Assembly: GCA_026023565.1 (NCBI GenBank)
Contig: JAPETS010000011.1
Location: forward strand, 248,001 to 312,000
From: Cirrosporium novae-zelandiae
Taxonomy: Eukaryota
Direction: 5' to 3'
Length of the DNA: 64,000 nucleotides
Positions 1 to 13,374 of this stretch are shown in pieces (within the stretch, counting starts at the first letter, position 1; each line of letters starts with the position of its first letter). The notes under the pieces are model-generated. The model was not told the DNA's origin. It saw only the letters and a list, made by a program, of their open reading frames with translations, and searched no databases. The position numbers and the translations under genes are program-made.

Positions 1-763
1 ATATTCATTCCGATGCACCTCTGTTCAAAGGTGAGCAGACTCATCCCAGAAGTACTATTCAGCTCCGTAAGAAGATGAATGTTTTATAGTGAATAAGTAT
101 GAGACGTTGGCGGTAATCCTTAGGTAGGAAAAAGTATTATCAGAAACTTGAGGTTATTCTTACCAGAATAATCGCCTACCTAGGTAGGTAGATACAGCAA
201 TACTATATCTATCAAAGATGTGACGTAGTATGCAGCCTAAGCACAACCCATCACAATTTTACCCCTAAACAATAACAATTAGTCTAATAACAATATCAAC
301 AGCCACATACTAACTTAATCTACACCCCAGTCAACATCCTAACGTCCTAAACATCGACCAAGAGCTTTCCAACACTCTTCTTTTCCTTCTTCCTTATCTT
401 TCTACAAATCCATGTAAAATCAAAAGAAGCTTTATAATTTTAATAGCTAATAAAACTCGAACATCATCGCTATTCATTATTGTATTTCCCATAAAAAAGG
501 CGGCGGCAAGGAGAGGCGCAAACAAGTCAAGAATAGATAAAAAGTTCTCTCCTTCCATAACGAAAAGAAAATCCCGGTCCCCTCAAGCCAAGTCAATCCG
601 ATCCAATCGCCAAACCAGAATTCCCCGAGTCCTATGGCCTTCCTTTCTCGAGACACTATGTATTCGTAAACTGGCCCTTATCCTGGTCCAGTCAACCCCA
701 ACTCTTTACTTGCCAATGAATCAAAAAATCTCTTCTCTCGCAATTAAGCCAGTCCAATCCAAC

Positions 764-3720
764 TTAATCTAAACAATCAATCCCCTCCAACGCTCTCATC
801 GCCCTCCCACCTTCATTCTCAAATCTCGCCACCATCATCTCACATTCCTGTTTTAATTTATTTTCTCCCCTCTGCGCGTTCCAATAAATCCATTCCTGCA
901 CAGTCATTTTTTTCTCCAGGCTACTCAATCTTCCTTCTTTTAATTCTCCGACTAATTCGTCTAGATTGAAGAATTGACTAATGTTTTCTTTACCAGGACC
1001 GGAACTTGAGCGGGGAGATTGGAGGAGAACAGTTTCGAGGTCAACGGGTCGCCAGGGATGGGAAGATTGAAGACCACCAGCTATAATGTTGCGTTTTGAT
1101 GGGGAGGTTTTAGGGGTTGTTGCTAGAGGGATGCGAACGGTTTGCGGACGAGGCGGGGATATTATGGGAGGCCTGTTTTGGGTAGGTAAAGATGAAGGAG
1201 GTTGATTCTCTGCATCCGAGAGTTGGGGTGTTGGAGAAAGGGTAGCACCTTTGCCTAGTATGGGAGGGGAAGAAGGCATGGGGCTTGTTTGAGCTTCACG
1301 CTCCATGGTTGCGGCCTCAGATTCTTCATGGGATACTGGTTGTAGAACTTGTTCTAGTTCCTTAGGAAACTTTGTCTCAAGTTGAGCTTCGACCTCAATA
1401 TTCTTCTTTTTATTTGGGCGGCCCCTTTTGCCCTTGATGGATTTCTTTGACTTCTCTACTTCCTGCTCGTATTCAGGTTCCACATTGTGGGTAGGGTTAT
1501 CAAGCGCATCTAAAAGCTCGACCACTGATTCCTCTTCTGACGGGGTATCCTTGGCCACTTCAACTCTCTTGCCCTTTCCTTTAACTTTCTTGCCTCTCTT
1601 CGTCTTAGGCCCCATCTTCTTAGATATATTTTTCGCTATCGGATTAGTCGCTATACTAGCATCCGTCTCATGTCCAGAATCATCATGTGCAGTGGTTGTA
1701 GTTATCATGGAATTGTTTGGCATAAGTAAAGAGTTGTCCAATTCATTCCCTAGCTGTTCAGAGACGTCATGGTTATCATCATCCCCCATGGAAATGAAGG
1801 ACGGATAGTCCGAGGGTTGTTGAGAATTAGCTCTCTCTACCATTGGTTTAGCAAGCAACGCAGGTGACGATGCAAGAATGATCGAGGAATCCGCATTTTC
1901 CATCTCATCTGGTACTGGTGCGGGCTCAATTATATCTTCTGCAAGCGCGATCTGTTTTTTGGGGGGCTTTTTGGTCTTTCCTTTTACCCCTTTCGCCTTT
2001 GCTGCTCTAGCGTTTTTGGTATTTCTAACAGTTCTGGTAGGTCTTTCAACCTCTACCACAACATCAACCTCAGGTTGTTGGTGTATCTCGATTTGGGGTA
2101 GCTCGATTTGGGGTTTAGGCATTTCGTCGTTCGGAATAGGACTCTCAGGGGAAACCTTTCTGGTATGTGCAACCGATGCAGCAGTTTTCTTCGAAGCAAC
2201 TCCGGTTTTAGAAGGCCGTCCCCGGCGTTTTGGTTGCGGTTCTACTAATTCCAATTTTAGCTCGGGTTCAGATTCCTCTTTGTCGCTCATATATCTTTCC
2301 AGATCGGCCTCTAAAGCGGCATCAATCTCCTCGTCGTTTGGTATTGCAGACCTGAGGGAAGCTTCGCTTGCAGTAGATGTTGCAGATACTTTTCGGGTTG
2401 CGGACGATGATCGTTTTTTACCACCCTTTGCTCTTGTCTTTGGTTGGACTATAGCATCTGTCATATCAATGTCTTCCTGAGGTAGTACAACACTGCTTCG
2501 AGTTTTTCTCGTACTTTGTCTCTTCGCTGGGCGAGTACTCTCACTAGTCATTTCTGATTCATCAGTTGGTGATATCTGATCGCTGGCACGTTTCTTCCCT
2601 CTAGTGCCTCTTGATGGTTTGGTCTGAATATCGGCTGACACATGGCCATCATCGAGTGCTATCTCACTAGGGTCTTCCCTTTTCGCCCTAAGCCGAGAGC
2701 CTTTGCCTTTTGTTCCTTTTGCATTTGCTTTAGCTCTAGAGCCCTTCTTTTTTGTACCCATAGTAGAGATATTCATCACAGACACATCTTGGCTTAGATG
2801 ACTATCCTCAAAAAATGTTCCCTCCAAGATTGAAGGCGCCTCTGAGGGCATTTCAGATGGAACTTCAGATGCGGTTGTGATGTTTGACTGAGTTGATAAA
2901 CGAGAAGCTTTTGATGATCGACCTTTTTTCCCCCGTGAAACTTTAGGAAAAGGTGCTGGCGGTGTGAATGAAAAGAATATGCAATCTGGAGATCGCCGTT
3001 GATGTTCTTCACTATTATAATAATGAGGAGAGAAACTAGGAAGGAACACCTGAAGTACTCACAAAGGATCATCTTTTGGCTCCCATCCATCCAATGATAG
3101 TTTACAGTAGGCGCAAGTAACAAAGTCATCACTATCCTGGGTAGGGGCGTAGTACCATCCTGCTTCAACCATCTAAAATCTTTAATTAGTATTATAACAT
3201 TCTCTGTTGCGCCATTGCGTCCAACCTTTTCAGTCTTGCAGGCCCATCCACGTTTGTTATCATGAGGCCATAGTCGTCGAAAGGTCTCCTTTCTCGCGTG
3301 AATCATCTTCTCACTCATTGGATCATCCAGTTCATTATAAGGGTCGGTCGCTTGTTCTTCAATTGCGAGATTGATGGCCCAACCACAATCTGGTGAATGT
3401 TTCAAATGCTCGATAATTGGCATGTCATCTTCTTCCCAACCGTCCATTGACTTGCGACATATAAAGCATGCTACATTATCATTACTCGCCGCAGTAGGCC
3501 GATAGAAGAAACCAGCTCTTGCCATCTACATCGCAGTCAGTTTCTCTCAATCTCTCGGCGCGCACGCAAGAAAGCATACCTCCTGTGGCGAAGGATTTGT
3601 ATGAGGCCATTTAACTGATTTCCCTTTCGTATGTGAAGCTCTCCGCTTTCCTATTGAGTGTGGGCCCTTGAATGAAGCAAGTCGCGCTTCATAGGTCTCC
3701 ATGTTTTCGGTGGATGCCAT
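764..3720 (-). CDS. BIR1: BIR-domain inhibitor-of-apoptosis / chromosomal passenger protein (survivin-like)
   Basis: ATG at 3720 (MASTENMETYEARLASF). Introns 3526-3579, 3173-3225, 3012-3062. Two BIR repeats (MARAGFFYRP..DNVACFIC..MDGWEEDD..EHLKHSPDC; MVEAGWY..DDFVTCAYC..LDGWEPKDDPFEEHQRRSPDC), a long K/S/E-rich linker and a C-terminal MTVQEWI..LEGI helix. Confidence 0.92.
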
Positions 3721-4417
3721 GGTGGCAAAGTAAATTTGGGCAATTATGAATGGCTAGATGAGTGGGTTAAAGATATATATCAAATTGGAAATCCACCATA
3801 ATTTTTGGAATTATTTGGGGGGGTGAGTGTCGTAGTTGCTGATTCGGGAGTGAGTTGTTTACGTTGTTACGGTCAGAAGTGGAATCGTGAACTTCGAAAG
3901 TCTTGGCGTGTTTTCCCCTCCAGCAAAGGGCGGAGGTTCGGGATCGGATGTAATTACTGTACTGTACGGCACAACGGATACACAAATGTAGCTATAGTCT
4001 ACCGTGTCTACCTCCTTAGACCACAAGCTTCAAACAGTATCACATACAAGATACGGATAGCTTCTTGATAATTAACGTGCTTTGTAAAAAGGGAATCTTG
4101 GTATTTTAATTAATTAATTTCTATTCAAATCCTTTAGAAATATCCTTTCATCATCATCATATGCTGTGATCAGTCTGGCGTAATGCTGGCAGTCTTCAAA
4201 AGTAACGCAATTAGGCGCAATGACCACTCAACTAGGTCATTTCATCTCAACAAAGCATTCTTCTCCAACTCATCAGCAAACTTCACAACACAATGGTCTT
4301 TCAATTTTGAGCCAATGATTATATAAACCCCTTCTACCCAAATTTCCCTATAATGTTTTATGAACAATGATGTAGTAATTGCTTTACTTGACTCTGCGCC
4401 TCCAATGCGCTCTCATC

Positions 4418-6012
4418 ATGTCTCTCCGTACACTTCCCGTAAGTCCTACGGATTTCCAGACTCATGTTTGAAGCTAATACATATGTTTTAGAGACTTCGT
4501 AACTTAGTAGCCCCATATGAGGGTAGCTACACCCAGATTCCGCCTTTTCCGACTATTCGACATAGACGGCCAGGATTCTACCTTCGTACTTTCGCCAGTG
4601 AGAGCCTGAATCCTGCACCTAACCTCAAGAAAGATACTACCCAGCCGAATCTCTCACAACCCGATTTACAGCCGGCGAAATCATCTTCATCATCTTCATC
4701 ATCCAATGATGCCTCATCAACCACTTCTTCCTCCACGCTCGACTGGGACGAGAACCCAGACCTCAATATATCCAGATTCTCCGAGCTACCATCCTCTGAC
4801 TTTGGATACAATCAACATATGATCATCAATCAAGAGTTCAAGGAGGCTCTCCGTCAAATAATCTGGAAATTCCGAGCACCCGTTGTCTATGCTTTTGCCT
4901 ATGGGTCGGGCGTATTTCCTCAAAGCAAAGGTCCCTTGGCAAGCAATCCCAGCCCACATCCATCTCCCAACCAGGCCATATCCACAGTACAAAGAGGAGA
5001 AGGCAAGATGATCGATTTTATATTCGGCGTCAGCCACTCTCAACACTGGCACTCCTTGAATCTTACCCAACATCGTGACCATTACTCCGCCCTTGGATCT
5101 CTAGGTTCATATGCTGTCTCACGTGTGCAGGATGATTGGGGAGCTGGAGTTTACTTCAACACACACGTCATTGTCAATGGCACGTTGATAAAATATGGCG
5201 TGGTCCATTTGGAGACATTATGCCGAGACCTGAGCGAGTGGGATACCCTTTATCTAGCTGGCCGCTTACAAAAACCCGTCAAAATTTTACGGGACAACCC
5301 TCGTGTCCGTCTAGCCAACCAGGTCAACCTTCTATCTGCTGTTCGCACGGCGTTGTTGCTACTACCGGTCTCTTTCACGGAGAAGGAGCTTTATAGAACT
5401 ATTGCCAGTATTAGCTACATGGGCGATATGCGAATGTCTCTCCCAACCGAAAATGCCAACAAGGTCGCAAATATTGTTGACCATCAGTTAGCAAACTTCC
5501 GACAGCTTTATGCGCCACTAATTGATACCCTCCCAAATGTTCATTTCCGAGATGCTCGCTGCAATGATCCTGAATGGAAAGAGGACCCGGAGGCAAATGT
5601 GAGTCTAGAGCAAGACATGGATGTAGTGAAGCGCGGAAATATGGTACGACGGTTACCCAAGGCTTTCCGCAAAAGGCTGTACTTCGAGTTCCAATCCAAA
5701 TATCAAATATCTCAGAAAGACTTTCAGAAGATGCTTGATGGAACTCAAGATGAAAGCCCGGATCGCATCCATCGAAGACAAGGAGGTAAGTTTGAGCAAA
5801 AGGTTGCGGCAGATGATGGCCTCGATAGAGAGGTAAAGGACGCCATCAGAAAAACGATTAAGTGGCCCAGCACTACCCAATCCATAAAAGGTGCATTTAC
5901 TGGGGGTATTTTAAAATCATGGAGATATGTAAAGGAAAAGCGGGAGAAGTATCGAGATGGTCAAAAAGCAAACGCACTTGAGGAGAATACCTCAGAAAAG
6001 AAGGATTCGTGA
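4418..6012 (+). CDS. TAM41: Mitochondrial phosphatidate cytidylyltransferase (Mmp37/Tam41)
   Basis: Motifs FAYGSGVFPQ, MIDFIFGV, GAGVYFN, IKYGVV, LYLAGRLQKPV, SYMGD.RM. A 21-nt first exon (4418-4438, MSLRTLP) and intron 4439-4491 (GTAAGT..GCTAAT..TAG) join in frame to an R-rich presequence-like N-terminus. Confidence 0.92.
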
Positions 6013-6208
6013 CAAGCCATCATGAGTCCAATCTACCTAATTGCACCACTAAGAGCTTAGAAAAACACAAAATACTAGGTGCTTAAACATGAAACATACG
6101 GCATTTTATATGTGTATAGATTTATGGATAGAATATAAATAACATATCATACCGAAGAAAAACGTGTCAGCTTTATAGCGGAGACGGAAGGGTCCGTTTT
6201 GTCGACTG

Positions 6209-6215
6209 TGAGTCA
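6209..6215. promoter_or_regulatory. Gcn4/CpcA response element (TGAGTCA) upstream of HIS5
   Basis: Perfect TGA(C/G)TCA about 120 nt upstream of the ATG of a histidine biosynthetic gene. Confidence 0.65.
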
Positions 6216-6332
6216 GTATTTTGAAAGTATGAAATGTTTCTGCGACATCGGATATTGTAACAAAGTTCAATAATTACTACCCCGACGGCGATTGATTCAA
6301 TTTTCAAATTTGAGGAAACAGTTAAAGGGAAT

Positions 6333-7745
6333 ATGGGAATATTTGACCTGGCGCGATGTGCGCGACCAAACATCTTAGGCTTAGAACCCTACCGCTGCGC
6401 CCGCGAGTATGTCTTCCCTTGCGGGTTTTTTTCGTGGTCTGTTACTGATTAGCTAGTGACTACAAAGATAATGGGACCAACATCTTGCTTGATGCTAATG
6501 AAAATGCCTACGGCCCTGGACTTCCACTTGACAAAACTGGCAAATTGGCTCACGCTTCAGCCAATGATCATAGTGATACACAGCTCGAGGTTGATCTTCG
6601 AGGATTGAATCGGTATCCTGATCCGTATGTTGTATAGGATTGATATTTATACCTTTTAAGCTGATTAAAATGATCGCAGACACCAAATCAAACTCAAACA
6701 ATTGCTCTGCAATCTCCGAAACTATCATATTCACACCTCAAAGGATCTGGTCCCAAAAAATTTGTTCGTCGGTGTTGGCTCAGACGAAGTTATTGATGCC
6801 CTTCTCCGTTGTTTCTGTACTCCTGGGCATGATAAAATAGTTACATGCCCCCCAACCTATGGCATGTACGCTGTGAGCGCACAAGTAAATGATATACATA
6901 TCGTCAAGGTTCCCCTGGATACTAACAACCATTTCGCACTACGACCTGATGCAATCAACGAAGTTCTTTCCTCTGACCCTACAATTAAACTCGTCTACAT
7001 ATGTTCTCCAGGAAACCCTACAGCAAGTGTAATTTCAAAATCTGATGTTCGGAAAGTTCTCGAGCATCCAACTTGGAATGGTGTTGTAGTTGTCGACGAA
7101 GCCTACATTGACTTTTCTCCCGACGGCTCAAGCCTTGCAGAATGGGTTCTCGAATGGCCGAATTTAGTTGTCATGCAGACCCTTAGCAAAGCTTTTGGGC
7201 TTGCTGGCATCCGATTAGGAGCAGCTTTCACGCACCCTGCAATAGCCCAGTTACTGAATAATATGAAGGCGCCATACAACATTTCGAGTCTCACGAGCAC
7301 ACTGGCAATGGCTGCTCTCCAGCCAAAAAATCTCAAGATCATGAAGAAAAATCAGGAGAAGATCATCCAGCAACGAGATCGTCTTTTGAGGGAGCTACCA
7401 AAGATAACGGGGATAGGTCGTTTCTTGGGAGGATCTGATGCTAACTTTTTGCTTGTGGAGATATTGGATCAACCCCATGCCCAAGGAGGCAAGCCTAACA
7501 ACAAGACAGCCTTGGCGGCCTACGAGCGGCTTGCGGAGCACAAGGGGGTGGTAGTCCGATTCAGAGGTAGAGAGCTTGGATGTGAAGGATGTCTTCGTAT
7601 TACGGTGGGGACGGAGAAAGAGGTAGATAAATTTCTAAGAGAACTAGAGGCTGTGCTGCATGAACTCCTGGAGATCAGCGATAGCGTGCACGGGTCCAGT
7701 GAAGAAGAAGCCTTGGAGAAGGAGGCCAATGACATTGTTAGTTAA
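6333..7745 (+). CDS. HIS5: Histidinol-phosphate aminotransferase
   Basis: Starts MGIFDLARCARPNILGLEPYRCARDDY..LLDANEN. Introns 6407-6456 and 6625-6679. Motifs GVGSDEVID, CSPGNPT, VVDEAYIDF, PLP-lysine TLSKAFGLAGIRLG and CLRITVGT. Confidence 0.95.
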
Positions 7746-9140
7746 ATTTAACGGAGATGTAAAGGTTGAGAGAGCCCGAACGCAAATACTCGTGGCGCGG
7801 GGTTGTGTTGTGTAGACGCTTGAAATCAAGATGCTTGATGTGCTTGGATAGTCCCTGCTCTTGGTGGTTGTCGATGCGTTTCCTCCGTGCCCCCGCAGCT
7901 ATCATACCCTTTTATTCTTCATCTCCCCCAAAGCATCAAATCATCATTTAAAGTTATAGAGAATGAAGCTTGACAGGCTGCCTCACGTACAGTACATACA
8001 GTGTAGTAAATATCTTTTACAAGGACCCAAATGGATGGTCAGCAGCTGACGTGGCGGCTCTAAGAATTATTAAAATTATTCATAGAGGCTGGAGATATTA
8101 GCGTGGAGGATTATGAAAAGGAAAGAAAAAGCTAGATAATGATGAAGGTCAGGCTGTCATCTGCCCTCTTTCATTTCACATGGGAAAGCGTACAGGGAAC
8201 GCTGGTAGCCTACCAAGTAGAGGGATTTCTGCCTCAATTTAGAGGCTGTACATATCTACAAAATAACTAGTATGTAATAAATCATTAAAGAAGTAAATCA
8301 CTAGAAGTCGTGCCGTAGAAGGCAGTAATGTTGGGAGTGTTTGACAGGGGTTGTTTTGCTCTGTAGGCAGAGAGAGGGACCACCAGCTGCATCAACAACA
8401 CCAAAGCAATAAGAACTCAGGACTTGGAAGACTTCATAGTCAATCCACAATCCTCGACCCGCAACCCTCAATTCTTTGTAATCCTTAGCTATGACTATCT
8501 GACTGAAAATTATCTTATCAAGGTTATGGTGCCGCAGTTGTGGATTTTGATTTTCTATCAATCATTGGTACCTGGCTAATATAACCTTGGTAACTTGGAT
8601 AAGTCCGCAATCAACCTCACTCAGCTGAACAGAATCGTCACACGTCTTCCAGTAGGGAACAACAATTCGCCACACCATGCCCTTCAACTATTGAGCTTAA
8701 CTGTATTTCATACCTGTCGACCACAAACTCCAAACTACTTACAAAACAACATAGCTTCGACACTCTTCTCTCCAATACAACTCGCATCTTCACCTTTCTC
8801 GCACCAGCTTTCGCAAACCATCTCACCTCCGAAACGCCCCCTCTAAGTCTCTTCTACACCAACCAACAACTTGATTGCTACTGGATTCCATTTTGATATT
8901 TTATGTAACTATTTGACTATAGTGACCTACTTTGCCCTGCCATCTATGCAATAACTGAGAGAAGCTTGACTTGACTGAGCTAAGCTCAGCGTGCCCCTCT
9001 TGTATTCTCCGCCTTTGAACTACGTTCCACGATAAGACATTACACTGCTACTGATGTCTACACCTATCTACGGAATTATACTTTAAGATCGCGTGTGCAG
9101 AACTTAACCAGCTATCAGATTTAGAGATTACACTGGGAAA

Positions 9141-12100
9141 ATGGCCAAGGCCGACGTTAAAAGAGATTACTATGCGGACCTGGAGTTGAAACCTGGTGTG
9201 GATATAGCTGAGATCAAGAAACAGTTCAAGAAGCTTGGTATATACATAATATCTTTCCTGCACTTGCTCAGCTAACCTGAACATTTCCAGCCTTAAAATA
9301 CCATCCTGATCGCAATCCTGGCCGTGAAGCTGAATTTAATGCAAAGTTTCAAGCTATACAGGCTGCACATGAAATCCTTGCCGATGAACAACAGAAAGGA
9401 AAGTATGATGCAGATCGGCGAAAAGCGGGCTACGGATATACTGCTCATAGACCTGCCACTACCAGAGCACCTTGGCCAAATTTTCCTCCTCCTCCACAAC
9501 GATCAAGACCGCAGGGTACTGCCAAAGCCACGTATACAGTGCCAAGAACTGGTCCAACTGCGACTTTCACCTCAGCCAATAGATATGCTAGGTTTGCACA
9601 TGGGGAGACATCATGGCAGAGTACAAAGGAAGATGTTAGGGCAAAAGCAAATGCAAAGGCCAATGCTAGTGCATGGGAACAAATGAGACATAAATTTAAT
9701 AATGCGCCAAGTTATAGAAGATCACCTAACCCATCTCGACCAGATAGCGGCAGTGGACCCGAACCTACCAAAGATTTCCCGTTTGGTGTACATAGGAGTC
9801 AAAGTTCGAGGAAGAAACAGGGGTATGCTCCTGCAACACCTGGAGCTGGGGATGAACCACCCGCACGAAATACATCGGCTTACTTTACGGTACATCGAGA
9901 GCGGCCAGAGTACTATCCAAATCCACCGCCAAGACCCCCTTCTCCCCTAAGACCATTCAGGTCCAGAGGCTCGGAGAATGATCTCGACGATTCATCTGGT
10001 GAACGAAAGAGCTCTCCGTATTCTTCAGTCGGTGGTGAGAAAACGTACTTCAATAGCTTCAATCTTGGAAGGTCGGCAACTGTCCGGAATGCCACTAAAT
10101 CATCAAGGCTTCGTGAGGATCTCGATGCCGACTTTCATTCAAGTTCAGCAAGACGTCATAGTTCTAGCCCACATGTTCGATCTCCCCGGTATGAATCCAC
10201 TTCGTCAGGAGATTCAAGTCAAGATGAGGTTTTACATATGCCACGACGATCAAAACCTTCAAAGCCGAAAAATGAAGAGCATCCAGGTCTATGGGGTGAA
10301 CAGAAGACCCAAAGTAAATATGTAAGTCTAGAGCACTTTGAAGCATCCCAGCGCATGAGTAGTTCAAATGCCTTTGTGCAGGAGATACTCAATGCGAGGG
10401 CTCATGCCCATACCGAACTCAAGGACATTCCAGCTGCAGTACCAGATACCGAATACTTACGCCTTTTTCTACAGCACCGGCGTAAACCCCAATCCCAAGA
10501 TGAAAATCGACAGCCTCCTAGGACAACGAATGATTCTTCAAGCGAACCACGACTCGGAAAAGCCAGAAGTTGGGGAGAAGCCTCTTCACAGACTACCAAT
10601 GCTAATGTCCGAACCGAGCCCGCAAACGAACCCAATGGAGGAGCAGATAAACCATCAATGTATGCATCCCATGATCGTGGGCAAAAATCCTCACTTGATT
10701 ATTCATTCAAATTCCCCTACAAATGGTCTAAGCTTTGGACCAATCAATTGAATTCCCAAAATGAAAATTCTACTACTTCCTTTTTACCTTACTGGGCCTA
10801 TCCCTCCAGTATTTTGCCTGGAGGCACACCCCCTTCCCAAAAGAAACAAAATCAAGGCAACCAGACAGCTGACGGAAACCCCGATATTAGCTTCACCTTT
10901 CCCATCGCCGAGGACATGTTTATTTACAAACCCCAACATAAGAACCTTCGAAGCCACAGTACCGAAAACATTAATACCCAGTTCTCGCCTACCGACTTTC
11001 ATCCAAAATTCGAAGGGATGCATGGGGGTTTCCCTTTTCCGCGCAATCATGAGCGACGTAATCGCTCGAGGGGGTCTTCGAGTGGTGGTAGGTTCCCACG
11101 CCAAAATTCCACGGCTGAGCCTAATCCCCTATTCACAAACAATTTTGCCGGAGAGTTCTCTAGTGGGCAACAAACGCCCTCGTCAAATATTCCCCCTAAA
11201 GCTGACATGCCCCCTCGTAAAGGCTTCTCAGTCGAAGAATGGAACGAAAGAGTGAAGCAGGAAAGATTTTTTGCTGCCAATCCTCCCTCCCTATCTCCGA
11301 CTCGGGGTGCCAACATCAAGCGACCAAAATCGCCTAGAAAGGCAGGAGGCAAGAAACCTACCATACCAAAACCCGCCACCGTTTCTATTGATGAGGCGAC
11401 ATATGTGCCAGCCAACGGTGACTCGGTAGACGGTAAATCTGCAAACCACAACATCCCCAGCCCCTCTGGCAGTGAAATGGATATTGATCCTGAAATTCCG
11501 AATGTCAATTCTTCATCTAGTACGACGGCACAACATGATATCCCAAGGCACGGCGCTTCCTCATTCCCTAATTTTCACTCCGCGCAATCAGCCTCTACTC
11601 CAGTACCTCCACCTAGTACCCCCCCCCTTAAAACTCCAACGAATCGCACGAATTCCAAACGTGAGAACATCATTTTGGAGCCAACTTCTACAAATAAGCC
11701 TTCCGTATCCACCGGTAGCCCGTCTAATCTTGACCTCCACAACTTGAACAACATCGCTCCCTTCGGGCGAAGCACCACCAACAATGAAGGTATCAAGAAC
11801 CTATCCGATTTGGGAATCAACTTACCCTTCGAAAGCCGGGCGGAGAGCTTAAAACACAAAGTTCAACCCCAACATCTCGACCTTCCCAACCCTCCAAAAG
11901 CCCCCCTCATCCCTATTAACATTTCCCAAGAAACTGTGGAGCGCTACTTCAAGCAAATGTCAGCATATATGATTGAATGGCACAACTTCAATCAGACAAT
12001 GCTTAACCATTTTGCTGCTAGACACCAGATAAATATAGAGAGTTCCAAGACCAGTGATTGGATGCGAGCGTATAGCGATAAGGAATACGTGCGCTATGTC

Positions 12101-12247
12101 CAGGGAGTGGAAGAGGACGTCCGCGTGAGGGAGCACTGGAATATTAGTTGTAATAAGCATCGGGAATGTTTGAAGAAACTAGGAGAAGTTAGAGCTAGGC
12201 TACTTGGGATGACTGGAAATAAGGGTTCATCTAATGGGCTGAGATGA
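9141..12247 (+). CDS. Large J-domain (DnaJ) protein with a long disordered region and a C-terminal helical domain
   Basis: MAKADVKRDYYADLEL..EIKKQFKKL, intron 9238-9290, then ALKYHPDRNPG (HPD motif), in frame with the 9539-12247 ORF. Possible further in-frame introns at 10322-10474 and 10660-10890. Confidence 0.85.
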
Positions 12248-13374
12248 GTTGAGGGACAAGTGACTAGTTGATGGTGCATCAACATATATATCACTCTTGA
12301 TTTGTCGCCTTCATATTTTTTTTCTGTACCATTCTCGCTAGGCAAGCATTGATGATTTATTTACGGCGCGTCCTCTCTATTATTTCAGTCTTGCTTTCAT
12401 TCTTGTTCTGATACAGTGAGTGGATGAACCAGCGAGCAAGTGAATTTTGGCACCTCAATGCATGATTTTTAATTTCCAACAACGACCCCAAACTATCGCC
12501 CCCCCCCCCCAAAAAAATCGCCGTGGCATGACTTTTCTAAAAAAAACCCTTTCTTCTTATTTTTCCCTTCCGAATTTTTGTATTGATAGATACCTCTTTT
12601 TGTTCTTTTTTCTTATTTCCTCTTCTTTCTTTACTTCTTCCCTTCTTGATATTCGTTAGTGGGAGGATACTAGACAAATACCAACCATGATGAGAACAAG
12701 CATAATGAAGGTAAGAAGAAGCAGAAGAAGTTGATAATGATGCTTGAAGGGAGAGGGAATGGAAAGGGGGAGGGAATGGAAAGTGAGGATCGGGGATTAG
12801 TTGTGCGTAATGGATAGTTAACTTGATTATAAAATACAATATTAGATGATGAGATGTTTTTTCTTTCCCCCGTTGTCTTGAAGAAGAAAAGAAAATAGAA
12901 ATGCTTCATCCCTCTTCCTTTCTTCCTTTAACTAACCGAAAGAACCTTCATGACCTCTCTCTCTCTCAATCTATTTGCCTTGTTTTAAATTCAAATTTTT
13001 TTTATTAAACCAAAATTTTCATTATCCTCATCATCCTTCGATACACCCCCCAAAATCCTTGTTTTTAAAAATTTACATATTTTTTGTTTTTTTTGGATGA
13101 GATTTTATTAATTTTTTTTTGTGTTATTTGTATCTCTCTTTCTAATTAATCTATAATTTGATATAGGTATGTCTATATATACGTATGTATGCCATTGTGA
13201 TGCATGCATCCTGGCCCTGTAACTGTCCTAAGTTGTCCTATGAATGTCCTATCCCTTTTCTGCTATCCGTTAATATGCCTTCTCCTCTCCGCTCCGCTCC
13301 CCTTGTTTAGTAAGGTAGGTAGTGTGGAGTAAAGCAATAATGAGAATATAATCAGGTTTTTCAACCTTCCCTCC

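Noticed and set aside
1428..2480. Antisense ORFs over BIR1, and the many similar shadow ORFs over other genes
   Set aside because: They lie opposite or out of frame with well-supported genes and show no recognisable motifs; low-complexity shadows.
12440..13260. AT-rich low-complexity region with short ORFs and homopolymer runs
   Set aside because: Convergent 3'-UTR/terminator zone between the J-domain gene and NMA111. No terminal repeats or transposase remnants seen.
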